Source: Rhodospirillaceae bacterium (GTDB lineage Bacteria > Pseudomonadota > Alphaproteobacteria > UBA828). Taken from it: a DNA stretch of 63,168 nt. The notes under the pieces are model-generated. The model searched no databases. It worked only from the letters and a program-made list of their open reading frames with translations, and had not been told where the DNA came from. The translations under genes and the position numbers were made by a program. Shown here piece by piece: positions 34,676-43,615 of the stretch. How positions within the stretch are numbered: the stretch's first letter is position 1; each line of letters begins with the position of its first letter. The stretch lies in assembly GCA_018666805.1 (NCBI GenBank), contig JABIXB010000135.1, positions 1 to 63,168 of the forward strand, read 5' to 3'.

Positions 34676-35494
34676 TTAAGTTGTTGGAATAGACTGTTTC
34701 AGAAAATCGAGCGTGAGGCGGCCCATGCCGTGCTCGTGGAGATCGTTATGCCCGGCTTCGGGATAAATCTGCATCTGTTTCGGTTCCGATGCGGCGGCAA
34801 AGAGCTTCTTGCCAAAGCGGACCGGAATGGTGCCGTCGCGCGCGCCGTGCACGATCAGAAGCGGCGCCGCCACGCTGGCGATCTTGGCTTGTGAATCGAA
34901 ACGGTCGAGCACAAGTGGTTTTACTGGCAGGAGCGGAATGCGCGCCTGGGCGACATCGGCGATGCTGTTATAGGGCGCTTCCAGCACCAGGGCGGCGGGC
35001 GCCTGCTCGCTCGCCAATTGCACGGCAACACCGGTGCCGAGCGATTCGCCGTACAGCACGATGTTGCTGGCGGCGAAGCCGACTTCCAGCAGATAGTCGC
35101 GCGCCGCGCGGCCATCGCGATAGAGCCCGTCTTCGCTCGGCTTGCCCGGATTGCCGCTATAGCCGCGCCAGGTCGTCAGCAACACGCCGAAACCGGCATC
35201 GAGAAAGGGCCGCACCTTGTCGGCGCGCATGCCGATATGGCCGGCATTGCCGTGAAAATAGACCAGGGTCGGAAGGGCATCGCGTGCCGGCGGGCGGTGC
35301 CAGGCGAGCAGCGCCAGACCATCATCGGTCTCAAGCGTTACTTCGGCCATCTCCGGCACGCCGCTCTCGCCCGGTGCCGGGCACTGCGAATCGGGAAAAT
35401 ACATCAAATGACGCTGGCCGGCGAAGACGCCGCCAAGCGCCACGCCATAGGCGCCCACCCCCGCCGCAATGCCGCGCCACAGCCACTCATTCAT
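34676..35494 (-). CDS. Alpha/beta hydrolase
   Basis: Contains HGNAG, the nucleophile elbow GESLGTG, and C-terminal D...H (HGARDGTIP, GHND). It has an N-terminal hydrophobic segment. Confidence 0.8.
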   Translation of the reverse strand: MNEWLWRGIAAGVGAYGVALGGVFAGQRHLMYFPDSQCPAPGESGVPEMAEVTLETDDGLALLAWHRPPARDALPTLVYFHGNAGHIGMRADKVRPFLDAGFGVLLTTWRGYSGNPGKPSEDGLYRDGRAARDYLLEVGFAASNIVLYGESLGTGVAVQLASEQAPAALVLEAPYNSIADVAQARIPLLPVKPLVLDRFDSQAKIASVAAPLLIVHGARDGTIPVRFGKKLFAAASEPKQMQIYPEAGHNDLHEHGMGRLTLDFLKQSIPTT

Positions 35495-35509
35495 GCCGCA
35501 TGTCCCGTT

Positions 35510-35543
35510 AAAAAAAACACCCGGCGCGATGGCCGGGTGTTTT
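35510..35543 (-). terminator. Rho-independent terminator after the BI-1 gene (potentially bidirectional)
   Basis: On the minus strand: CACCCGGC-loop-GCCGGGTG followed by T8. On the plus strand the same hairpin is followed by TTTT. Confidence 0.8.
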
Positions 35544-35563
35544 GGATTAGATCGTGCCGTCTG

Positions 35564-36292
35564 CTATTCGCGGCCACCGCCGAAAAGCATCAGCAACAGC
35601 ATGAACATATTGAGGAAGTTCAGATAGAGCGAAATCGCGCCCATGATGGCTTTCTTTGTCATCACGTCCTTGCCGTCGCTCTCCACATAGCTCTGCTTGA
35701 TGCGTTGAGTGTCATAGGCGGTGAGGCCGGTAAACACCAAAACGCCGACCACGGAGATGACAAAATGCAACACTGAGGACTGCATGAAGATGTTCACCAC
35801 CATGGCGATGATCACACCGATCAGTCCCATAAAGAGGAACGAGCCCCAGCGCGCCAGGGAGCGCTTGGTGGTATAGCCATAGAGGCTCATGGCGCCGAAG
35901 GTGGCGGCGGTGATGAAGAACACGCGCACGATGCTGGTCGCCGTATAGGTGAGAAACACATAGGACAGCGAGGCGCCCATCAGGATGGAAAACACCCAGA
36001 ACAAGGTTTGTGCCGTGCTCGGCTTCATGGTCTTGATCTTGGAGCCCATGAAAAAGATGATGCCGAGCGGTGCAAACATGACGATAAAGCCGATGCCCGA
36101 GCTGAACAGCGCCTGATAAAGGCTGGTATGGGCGACGACATAGGCAACAATGCCGGTCAGCGCCAGGCCTGAGCCCATATAATTGTAAACCCGCAGCATA
36201 TAGCTGCGCAGACCCTCATCGACCTGGGCCTGTGTCAGTGTGGTACCGAAAGCGCGGCGTTCCGAGCCAGTGGCCATGGAATATGTCCTCAT
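35564..36292 (-). CDS. Bax inhibitor-1/YccA family membrane protein
   Basis: Contains EGLRSYMLRVYNYM and seven hydrophobic helices. There is an alternative start at 36277. Confidence 0.85.
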   Translation of the reverse strand: MRTYSMATGSERRAFGTTLTQAQVDEGLRSYMLRVYNYMGSGLALTGIVAYVVAHTSLYQALFSSGIGFIVMFAPLGIIFFMGSKIKTMKPSTAQTLFWVFSILMGASLSYVFLTYTATSIVRVFFITAATFGAMSLYGYTTKRSLARWGSFLFMGLIGVIIAMVVNIFMQSSVLHFVISVVGVLVFTGLTAYDTQRIKQSYVESDGKDVMTKKAIMGAISLYLNFLNMFMLLLMLFGGGRE

Positions 36293-36403
36293 CTCAATTT
36301 TTGGATTTCCTGAGCATCATATAAGGCTAAAAGCGTTGTTTTTCAACATTGCAGGTAAATTTTCCTGATCAAATTAGTCGGAATCGTGTCTAGGATAAGC
36401 CAT

Positions 36404-36964
36404 ATGCAACGTCTCTTTGTCGCTATCGACATGCCGCCGGCCGTTAACCAGCGCCTGATTGGCCTGTGCCAGGGTGTGAGCGGGGCAAAATGGGCGGATA
36501 TCTCGCATTTTCACCTAACGCTGCGCTTCATCGGCGATGCCGATGACGGCCTCATGAGCGATATCGAGCTTGCCCTGGCCGAAATCGAGGCGCCGGCCTT
36601 CGAGCTCGCCCTGAACGGCGTCGGCTATTTCCCACCGCGCGCCCCGGCCAAAATTCTCTGGGCCGGAATCGAGCCCGAGGGCCTGCTGATCCGTTTGCGC
36701 GATCAGGTGGTTGCGGCGCTGGGCGCGCTTGGCCTTGAACCCGAGCACCGCAAATTTGCGCCGCACATTACCCTCGCCCGCTTCAAACGCGGCGCGCCGT
36801 CAGAGCAAGTGGCGGAATTTTTGAGCCGCCATGCGCTGTTTCGCACCGAGCCATTTCCGGCCAACGAATTTCATCTCTATTCGAGCCTTTTGCGCCCGGA
36901 TGGCGCGCTGCACCGCATCGAGGCGAGCTATCCGCTGGTCGATGTCGCGGCGTTTGGCGGCTAA
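36404..36964 (+). CDS. thpR: RNA 2',3'-cyclic phosphodiesterase (2H family)
   Basis: Two HxT/S motifs (HLTLRF and HITLAR) and RLFVAI at the N-terminus. I preferred the ATG at 36404 over the GTG at 36386. Confidence 0.8.
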   Translation: MQRLFVAIDMPPAVNQRLIGLCQGVSGAKWADISHFHLTLRFIGDADDGLMSDIELALAEIEAPAFELALNGVGYFPPRAPAKILWAGIEPEGLLIRLRDQVVAALGALGLEPEHRKFAPHITLARFKRGAPSEQVAEFLSRHALFRTEPFPANEFHLYSSLLRPDGALHRIEASYPLVDVAAFGG

Positions 36965-37359
36965 CCGGATTCCTCAATATCTTCCATGTCATCGTCGGAA
37001 AAGCCGAAATGATGGCCGATTTCATGGATCAGCACATGGCGCACCACATCCTCGAGGCGCGCATTATTCTCGACCCAATAATCCAACAGCGGGCGGCGAT
37101 AGAGAAAGATCATATCGATATCGTGGCGCACGTCGCTAACGCTCTTGTCGCCGATCGGCACGCCCTGATAGAGGCCGAGGAGGTCGAACGATGAATCGAT
37201 CTCCATCTCGCGCATCACCTCGGCGGTGGGAAATTCCACCACCCGGATGCGCACCTCGGCGGCGTGCTTGCGGAGCGTCTCCGGGATGGTCTCAAACACG
37301 CGCGCGGCGATCTCTTCGATGTCACCCGCTGTTGGCGGCGTGCCCTCACGCGCGTTCAT
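36961..37359 (-). CDS. Zn-metallopeptidase-like small protein (zincin-like fold)
   Basis: HEIGHHFG motif near the C-terminus. 132 aa, acidic. Confidence 0.7.
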   Translation of the reverse strand: MNAREGTPPTAGDIEEIAARVFETIPETLRKHAAEVRIRVVEFPTAEVMREMEIDSSFDLLGLYQGVPIGDKSVSDVRHDIDMIFLYRRPLLDYWVENNARLEDVVRHVLIHEIGHHFGFSDDDMEDIEESG

Positions 37360-37365
37360 TGAGGC

Positions 37366-38130
37366 CTATCTCGGCGCCATACGGAGCGCACCGTCGAGGC
37401 GGATCACCGTGCCGTTGATATAGCGGTTCTCGGCGATGTGCTTGGCCAGCGCGGCATATTCGTCGGCATGGCCGAGGCGCTTGGGAAAGACTGTCGTCTC
37501 GACCAATGATTGGCGCACTTCGTCGGGCAGGCCGTCCATCATCGGCGTATCCATCAGGCCGGGCGAGATGCAGTTGACGCGGATTCCCTCGCGCGCCAAT
37601 TCGCGCGCATAGGTGATGGTCGAGGCAGCGACGCCACCCTTGGAGGCGGAATAATCGCCTTGCCCGATCTGGCCCTCGAAAGCGGCTATCGAGGCGGTGG
37701 TGACGATCGCACCGCGCTCATTGTCTTCGAGCGGATCCATCGCAGCCATATCGGCGGCGGCGAGACGCATCGAGTTGATGGTGCCAATCAGATTGACCCG
37801 AATAGCGCCGGTCAGCTTTTCGAGCGGCGTAGCACTGCCGTCGCGGCTGACCAGCTTGGCGCCGGTGGCGATGCCGGCGCAGGCGATAAAAATACGCGCC
37901 GGGCCGATAGCGTCGCGCAAGGAGGCCATCGCCGCCTCATGGCTGGCCGCGTCGGTCACGTCGCACGCGGCCGACGCGCCGCCGAGCTCGCCCGCCACCT
38001 TGGCGGCGAGCGCTTCGTTCATATCGAGCACACCGACGGTTGCGCCCGCCGCGGCGAGGGTGCGCGCTGTCGCCTCACCGAGGCCCGATGCGCCGCCAGT
38101 GATGTATGCCGTCTGGCCTTTGATTTCCAT
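37366..38130 (-). CDS. Short-chain dehydrogenase/reductase (3-hydroxyacyl-CoA dehydrogenase type-2-like)
   Basis: Contains TGGASGLG and YSASKGG. Confidence 0.88.
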   Translation of the reverse strand: MEIKGQTAYITGGASGLGEATARTLAAAGATVGVLDMNEALAAKVAGELGGASAACDVTDAASHEAAMASLRDAIGPARIFIACAGIATGAKLVSRDGSATPLEKLTGAIRVNLIGTINSMRLAAADMAAMDPLEDNERGAIVTTASIAAFEGQIGQGDYSASKGGVAASTITYARELAREGIRVNCISPGLMDTPMMDGLPDEVRQSLVETTVFPKRLGHADEYAALAKHIAENRYINGTVIRLDGALRMAPR

Positions 38131-38227
38131 CTCTCGTCTCCTTGGATGTGTTGTTTGCCCGCTTCATAGCAGAAGCGGGCGAATAGAATCCAATCAATCC
38201 GGGGCGGCGTCCGGCGTTGCCGCCTTA

Positions 38228-39133
38228 TCACCGCTCCTTGGTATTACGCTGCAATTTTGCTTCGCGCCGTGCGATATAGATAGCGCTTGCGGCAATCAGT
38301 GCCGCGCCCGGCCAGATCCACACGCCCGGCACTTCGTCAAAGGCGAAGTAACCGATCAAAGCGGCAAAAGGCAGGCGGGTGAAGTCGAGCGGTATGATCG
38401 ACGAGGCCTCGACCAGGGACAGCGCGCGGGCCATGCCGAAATGGGCAATCGTCGCCAACAGGCCGATCACGAACAGCCAGCCCCACTCGGCCAAACTCGG
38501 CATGGTCCAATAGGCGATGGCCGGGCCAAGCGAGAGCGGCGTCATCAGCAGATTCATGTAAAAGACAATGGCGATCGGCCGCTCGGTGCGGGTTAAGAGA
38601 CGCACCAGGGCCATCGATATGGCGAACATCAGGGCGGCGAAGATGGCCAGCAGGCTGCCCAGGCCAACGGTTTGCGCGCCCGGCTGCATGACAATCAGCA
38701 CGCCGCAAAAGCCGACAATGGTGGCAGCCCAGCGGCGCCGGCCGACCTTCTCGCCGAGCAGTAGAATGGCCACCGGAATCATCCAGAGAGCGACGGTAAA
38801 ATTAAGCGTGATCGCCTCGGCCAGGGGCGTGAAGCTGAGCGCCGAATACCACGCCCACATGGCGCTAATGCCGATTACGGCGCGGATGCCATAGGCCTTA
38901 AGCGCCGGCGCCGGTGGAAATGCGAAGCCGATCCGCCACATCACCGGAAGCAACAATACCAAGCCGATGACGTTGCGGAAAAAGGCGATTTCAAACGGCG
39001 ATATGGTACCCGAGAGATCGCGGATAAGCGCCGACATGCCGGAGAAGCAGGCGCAGGTGAAGATCATCAACAGCGATGCTTCGATCGGCGGGCTGAGCAG
39101 GCGGTTGCCCGTGGCGGATCGATCAGATCCCAT
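38228..39133 (-). CDS. DMT (EamA) family transporter
   Basis: 301 aa, ten hydrophobic helices and a duplicated EamA-like pattern. Confidence 0.8.
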   Translation of the reverse strand: MGSDRSATGNRLLSPPIEASLLMIFTCACFSGMSALIRDLSGTISPFEIAFFRNVIGLVLLLPVMWRIGFAFPPAPALKAYGIRAVIGISAMWAWYSALSFTPLAEAITLNFTVALWMIPVAILLLGEKVGRRRWAATIVGFCGVLIVMQPGAQTVGLGSLLAIFAALMFAISMALVRLLTRTERPIAIVFYMNLLMTPLSLGPAIAYWTMPSLAEWGWLFVIGLLATIAHFGMARALSLVEASSIIPLDFTRLPFAALIGYFAFDEVPGVWIWPGAALIAASAIYIARREAKLQRNTKER

Positions 39134-40940
39134 TGATGACGACCAAGGCGCTCGCCGCTTTGCTCAGCGCCCGGGCGCGCGCCCAGGGATCGGTAATCTT
39201 GGCCGCGACATCGACCGCTTCGCCGAGCGTTGCCCGCCCGGTGGCGCCATCGCCACCCGCCGCCTGCGACGATGCCAGATCGGCGAGAACGAAAGCCTTG
39301 TCGAGCGGATTGGTCAATCCGCGCGCCAGGGTGATCGCCTCATTGCTGAGGCGGGTGGCGCTATCTTCATCGCCATTCTCGCGCGCGATCCGGCTCATCG
39401 TCACATAGGCATTGATGCGCAGTTTCATGTCTTGAATGGAATCGATCAGGCGTAGCGCTTCCACCATCTGATGGCTGCGCGCCATGGCGAGCACGATGCG
39501 GGCGAGGACGAAGGAATGCATGTAGCCGAACTCAATGCCGCGCGCCTGCTTCAACGCATCGTCGAATTCCTTCAGTGCGGCGTGCGATGCCGCCAGGCAG
39601 GCGCGCGCCTGCTGGCGCTCGGCCGGGCGCGAGATGGCTGATAAGGTGGTTTGCGCGATCTCCAAGGTTTGCCGGGCGCGTTTTTCCCGCCCCGAGCGCA
39701 GTTCGGCAATAACGATATCGCACAGCGCCTGCACCCGGTTTTTGGCCGAGCCGATGCGGGCGATCATGATATTGGCTTTTGCGCCCTCGCCGACGGCGGC
39801 CATCAGCGAGGCCATTTCGCTCAGTGCCCATTCGCGGAACAGTTCGGCGGTGATGCTATCGGCCAGGCGCTCGGCTTCCATCGCCAGGCCGTGCGCCACA
39901 TCGCCGTACCCATGCGCGAGATAGGCGTGCGCGGTGGCGACCAATGTCGGCAGCCGCTCATGCGGCGCTTCGATCAGCGATACCGTGACCTCGGCAAAGT
40001 CCGGCCGGCCGGCGGCCAGTTGGCCTTCCGCCACGGCACGCAGCGCCTTGTCGCGCAGCGTTGCATCGGGTACTTGCTGGGCCGCCGCCAGCGCCTCTTC
40101 GATGCGCCCGGCGCGGGCAAGCGCCACCGCGATACCGCTCAACGCGGCAATCACCGAGCGTGGATCATTGATCGCCCGCGCCACGCGCAGCGCCTGATCG
40201 GCCTGGCCGATGCGCGCCTGGGCCTGGATCACTTCGCTGAGCGCCCAATCGCGGAGATTATCCTTCTCCACGCTTTCCGCCGCGTGCTCCGCCTCAACAA
40301 TCAGGCAGGCCGGTTCGGGCGCTTGATAGCAGCTCTCGGCGCGTGCCTTGAGAGCCTCCAAATCGGGTTTTGCGCCGGTCACCACAGCGCGCGCCTGTTG
40401 CGCCCAATCCGGCCCGAAGGCCTGTTCGAGATCGCCCCGCGCCTGTTCGATCTGGTCTTTCTGGGCGCGGTCAAGACGCAGCAGGAGATGTTGCGCCTCG
40501 CCGGCGGCGGAGGTCAGGGTATCGAGCAATTCATGGCTCGGCTTGCCATCGACGGGCAAATTGGCAAAGCGCTGGAAGGTGCGGATGGCCTCGGCGGTCT
40601 CGGCTGACATGACGCCGCCGATGCGCCCGCCATAAAGGCCGATTTCGGCCAGACGGAGCTGAATCTGGCGCACCAACAGGCTGTAGCGCCCAGTTTGGGT
40701 TTCGGCATCAATATCCGTATCGCCGAGCGCCGCCGGGATCAGATGGGGATTGGCGTATGGTGCGCCGGGCTGCAGTGTTGCGCCGGCACCCGTTGCACTG
40801 GCCGCAACGAGAATCAGCGCCAAGGCCGATACAGCGGCGGCACGCAGCCAGTGCTGCGTGTCAAAGTCCAGATTCAATATTTTCTCCACAAGCGATAATA
40901 GCCGCGCGCGGCTCGCCGGCATATTGAATAAGGCCGGCAA
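39123..40940 (-). CDS. Exported peptidoglycan-binding-domain protein with a long helical-repeat (TPR/HEAT-like) region
   Basis: Signal-like segment, then a PG_binding_1-like stretch (IQLRLAEIGLYGG...AIRTFQRFANLPVDG), then about 450 aa of Ala/Leu-rich repeats. Confidence 0.6.
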   Translation of the reverse strand: MPALFNMPASRARLLSLVEKILNLDFDTQHWLRAAAVSALALILVAASATGAGATLQPGAPYANPHLIPAALGDTDIDAETQTGRYSLLVRQIQLRLAEIGLYGGRIGGVMSAETAEAIRTFQRFANLPVDGKPSHELLDTLTSAAGEAQHLLLRLDRAQKDQIEQARGDLEQAFGPDWAQQARAVVTGAKPDLEALKARAESCYQAPEPACLIVEAEHAAESVEKDNLRDWALSEVIQAQARIGQADQALRVARAINDPRSVIAALSGIAVALARAGRIEEALAAAQQVPDATLRDKALRAVAEGQLAAGRPDFAEVTVSLIEAPHERLPTLVATAHAYLAHGYGDVAHGLAMEAERLADSITAELFREWALSEMASLMAAVGEGAKANIMIARIGSAKNRVQALCDIVIAELRSGREKRARQTLEIAQTTLSAISRPAERQQARACLAASHAALKEFDDALKQARGIEFGYMHSFVLARIVLAMARSHQMVEALRLIDSIQDMKLRINAYVTMSRIARENGDEDSATRLSNEAITLARGLTNPLDKAFVLADLASSQAAGGDGATGRATLGEAVDVAAKITDPWARARALSKAASALVVINGI

Positions 40941-41080
40941 ATACCCATATTAGTCTTGCAGGCGGCGCTGATCGTTCGGGCCGGCCTGTGGTGAGGTCGT
41001 GGCGCGCCGGGTTTCCCCAATAATTGGCGCATTTGCGGCCTTGTCGTCGAAATACTCGCTCGAGAGGAGGAGTGCCGACG

Positions 41081-41572
41081 ATGACCAGATTATCGCCGTT
41101 TAACAGCCCGCTTCTGCTCGGGTTCGACCATTTGGAGCAGATTCTTCAGCGGGTATCGAAAACTTCCGGCGACGGATATCCCCCCTATAACGTGCTGCAG
41201 GCGGACGATGATCGCCTCCGTATTAGTTTGGCCGTGGCCGGCTTTAGCGAAGACGAATTGTCGGTAACGGTGGAACAGAACCAATTGCACATCCACGGCC
41301 GCCAAGAGGAAGACCCCGATGCGATCTATTTGCACCGTGGCATCGCGGCCAGGCGCTTCCATCGCACTTTTTTGCTCGCCGAGAGCATCGAAGTGGAGGG
41401 GGCGACGCTCGACAACGGGCTGTTGAACATCGATTTGATACGGCCCGAACCGGCGCAGTCCGTACGTACTGTTGAAATCCAGCGCCGGGCGGCAAAGGGC
41501 GGCGAAAAGAGGCAGCTCTATGAGGCCGCGCGGGATCGTAAGGCAGCGACAACACGGAGAGGGTCACTATGA
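41081..41572 (+). CDS. Small heat-shock protein (Hsp20/IbpA family)
   Basis: The ATG at 41081 is preceded by GAGGAGG. Contains YPPYNV, ISLAVAGFSEDELSV and the alpha-crystallin core. Confidence 0.88.
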   Translation: MTRLSPFNSPLLLGFDHLEQILQRVSKTSGDGYPPYNVLQADDDRLRISLAVAGFSEDELSVTVEQNQLHIHGRQEEDPDAIYLHRGIAARRFHRTFLLAESIEVEGATLDNGLLNIDLIRPEPAQSVRTVEIQRRAAKGGEKRQLYEAARDRKAATTRRGSL

Positions 41573-41784
41573 ATATTAAGGCAGACCACCGTTTGGACCT
41601 GGATGCCACCCTGGGCGGCCTCGGCGATTCCAATATCGTGTTTATCGATCGCCGGCAGTGGGAGGGCAGGCTGCGCTATGTCATCGTCGATGGCGAGAGC
41701 GAAATCATCGGTGTTGCCGATGACCGCGAGGTTGCCTTTGCCGCGGCGCGGCAATACGGCCTGGAGCCCGTCAGCGCCCACTAA
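41569..41784 (+). CDS. DUF1150-like small protein
   Basis: 71 aa with an ATGA overlap to the hsp20 stop. In my recollection the pairing with hsp20 is typical in alphaproteobacteria. Confidence 0.6.
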   Translation: MNIKADHRLDLDATLGGLGDSNIVFIDRRQWEGRLRYVIVDGESEIIGVADDREVAFAAARQYGLEPVSAH

Positions 41785-41802
41785 TCGATTCAGACATCCG
41801 AA

Positions 41803-43596
41803 TCAGAAATCATCCTCGTCGAACTGCGCCATGGCGGTCTTGCCGGTCATGATGCGCAGGAACAGTGACGCCGATTCGGGCAGCAGCTTGTACATATAGA
41901 AGCGCGCCGTCTTCATTTTGTTGGCATAGTAGCGCGCATCGCCATCGGCATTGCCGTTTGCCTTCTTCGCCGCTTTTTCGGCCATCAACAGCCACATATA
42001 GCCGATCGCCACGAGGCCGAACATTTTGAGATAGTCGGTGGCGACGGCAGCGGCTTCTTCCGGATCACCCAAGCCTTTTTGCGCGATCACCAGGGTCGCC
42101 TGTTGCAGTTTGCCGAGCGCCTTGGCGAGCGGCAGAACGAGATCCTTGAGCGCTTCGTCTTCCTGGTGCGCCTCGACAAAGGCGGTCGCCGGGTGGAAGA
42201 AGTGGCGCAGCAGCCGGCCGGTTTTCATGCCCAGTTTGCGCCCGACCAGATCGAGCGCCTGAATACCGTTGGTGCCTTCATAGAGTTGGGCGATGCGCGC
42301 ATCGCGCACCAATTGCTCCATGCCATGCTCGGCGATATAGCCATGCCCGCCATGTACCTGGACCGCAAGGTTGGCGGCTTCGAAGCCACGGTCGGTGAGG
42401 AACGCCTTGATGATCGGCGTCATTAATTGCACCAGCTCATCGGCGTCGCGGCGCACCTCGGCGTCCGGGTGCTTGGTCGAAATATCGAGCTTCAGCGCCG
42501 TCCAATAAGCCAGCGCGCGCGTGCCCTCATTATAGGCGCGCGCTGTGAGCAGCATATTGCGCACGTCGGGATGGACGATGATCGGATCGGCCTTCTCGCC
42601 GCTGTCCGCGCCCCTGGCCAGGCTCTTGCCCGAGCGCCGCTCCTTGGCGTAGGCGGTGGCCGATTGATAGGCGGTCTCGCCGAGCGCCAAACCCTGCATG
42701 CCGACGCCGAGGCGCGCACCATTCATCATGGTGAACATGCAGCGCAGACCCTTGTGCGCCTCGCCAATGAGGTAGCCCTCGGCATCGTCGAAATTGAGCA
42801 CACAAGTGGCCGAGCCGTGAATGCCCATTTTCTTTTCGATCGAGCCGCACGAGACGCCGTTGCGCGGCCCCAGTTCACCGTCCGCCTTGACGTTGACTTT
42901 CGGCACCAGGAACAGGGAAATGCCGCGCACGCCATCGGGCGCATCGGGCAGCTTGGCCAGCACCAGGTGAATAATATTGTCGGCCAGATCATGCTCGCCG
43001 CCGGTGATGAACATCTTGCTGCCGCTGATGCGGTAGGCGCCGTTATCGCCGGGCACCGCTTTTTTACGAATCAAGCCGAGGTCGGTGCCGCAATGGCTCT
43101 CGGTCAGGCACATGGTGCCGCTCCACGAGCCATCTGTCAGGTGCGGCAGATAGGTGTCTTTGAGCGTGTCGCTGGCATGGGTCTCGATCAAGGCGGCGGC
43201 GCCGCGCGATAATAGCGGGTAGACGCCGAAGGCGAGATTGGTCGAGCACACCATCTCTTCGATAACGAAATTGAGCAGCGCCGGCAGACCCTGGCCGCCA
43301 TATTTCGGATCGGACGAGATCGATTGCCAGCCGGCGCCGACAAAATCGTCATAGGCCTGTTTGAAGCCGGACGGCGTACGCACCACGCCATTCTCGTAGG
43401 TGCAGCCTTCCTCATCACCAATGCGATTGAGCGGCAGCAGCTTGTCCTCACAGAATTTTGCGCCCTCTTCCATGATGGCGTCGATGGTGTCCGCCGTGGC
43501 GTCTTCATAGCCCGGCAATTTGGATAATTGATCCGCTTCGAGCATTTCATGCAGGACGAAACGCATGTCGCGCAAGGGTGCTTTATAGGTTTGCAT
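41803..43596 (-). CDS. Long acyl-CoA dehydrogenase (about 600 aa)
   Basis: N-terminus MQTYKAPLRDMRFVLHE, plus CLTESHCGTDL, GGEHD and YEGTNGIQALDL. Confidence 0.88.
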   Translation of the reverse strand: MQTYKAPLRDMRFVLHEMLEADQLSKLPGYEDATADTIDAIMEEGAKFCEDKLLPLNRIGDEEGCTYENGVVRTPSGFKQAYDDFVGAGWQSISSDPKYGGQGLPALLNFVIEEMVCSTNLAFGVYPLLSRGAAALIETHASDTLKDTYLPHLTDGSWSGTMCLTESHCGTDLGLIRKKAVPGDNGAYRISGSKMFITGGEHDLADNIIHLVLAKLPDAPDGVRGISLFLVPKVNVKADGELGPRNGVSCGSIEKKMGIHGSATCVLNFDDAEGYLIGEAHKGLRCMFTMMNGARLGVGMQGLALGETAYQSATAYAKERRSGKSLARGADSGEKADPIIVHPDVRNMLLTARAYNEGTRALAYWTALKLDISTKHPDAEVRRDADELVQLMTPIIKAFLTDRGFEAANLAVQVHGGHGYIAEHGMEQLVRDARIAQLYEGTNGIQALDLVGRKLGMKTGRLLRHFFHPATAFVEAHQEDEALKDLVLPLAKALGKLQQATLVIAQKGLGDPEEAAAVATDYLKMFGLVAIGYMWLLMAEKAAKKANGNADGDARYYANKMKTARFYMYKLLPESASLFLRIMTGKTAMAQFDEDDF

Positions 43597-43615
43597 TGTC
43601 TATTGCTCCTGCCGC

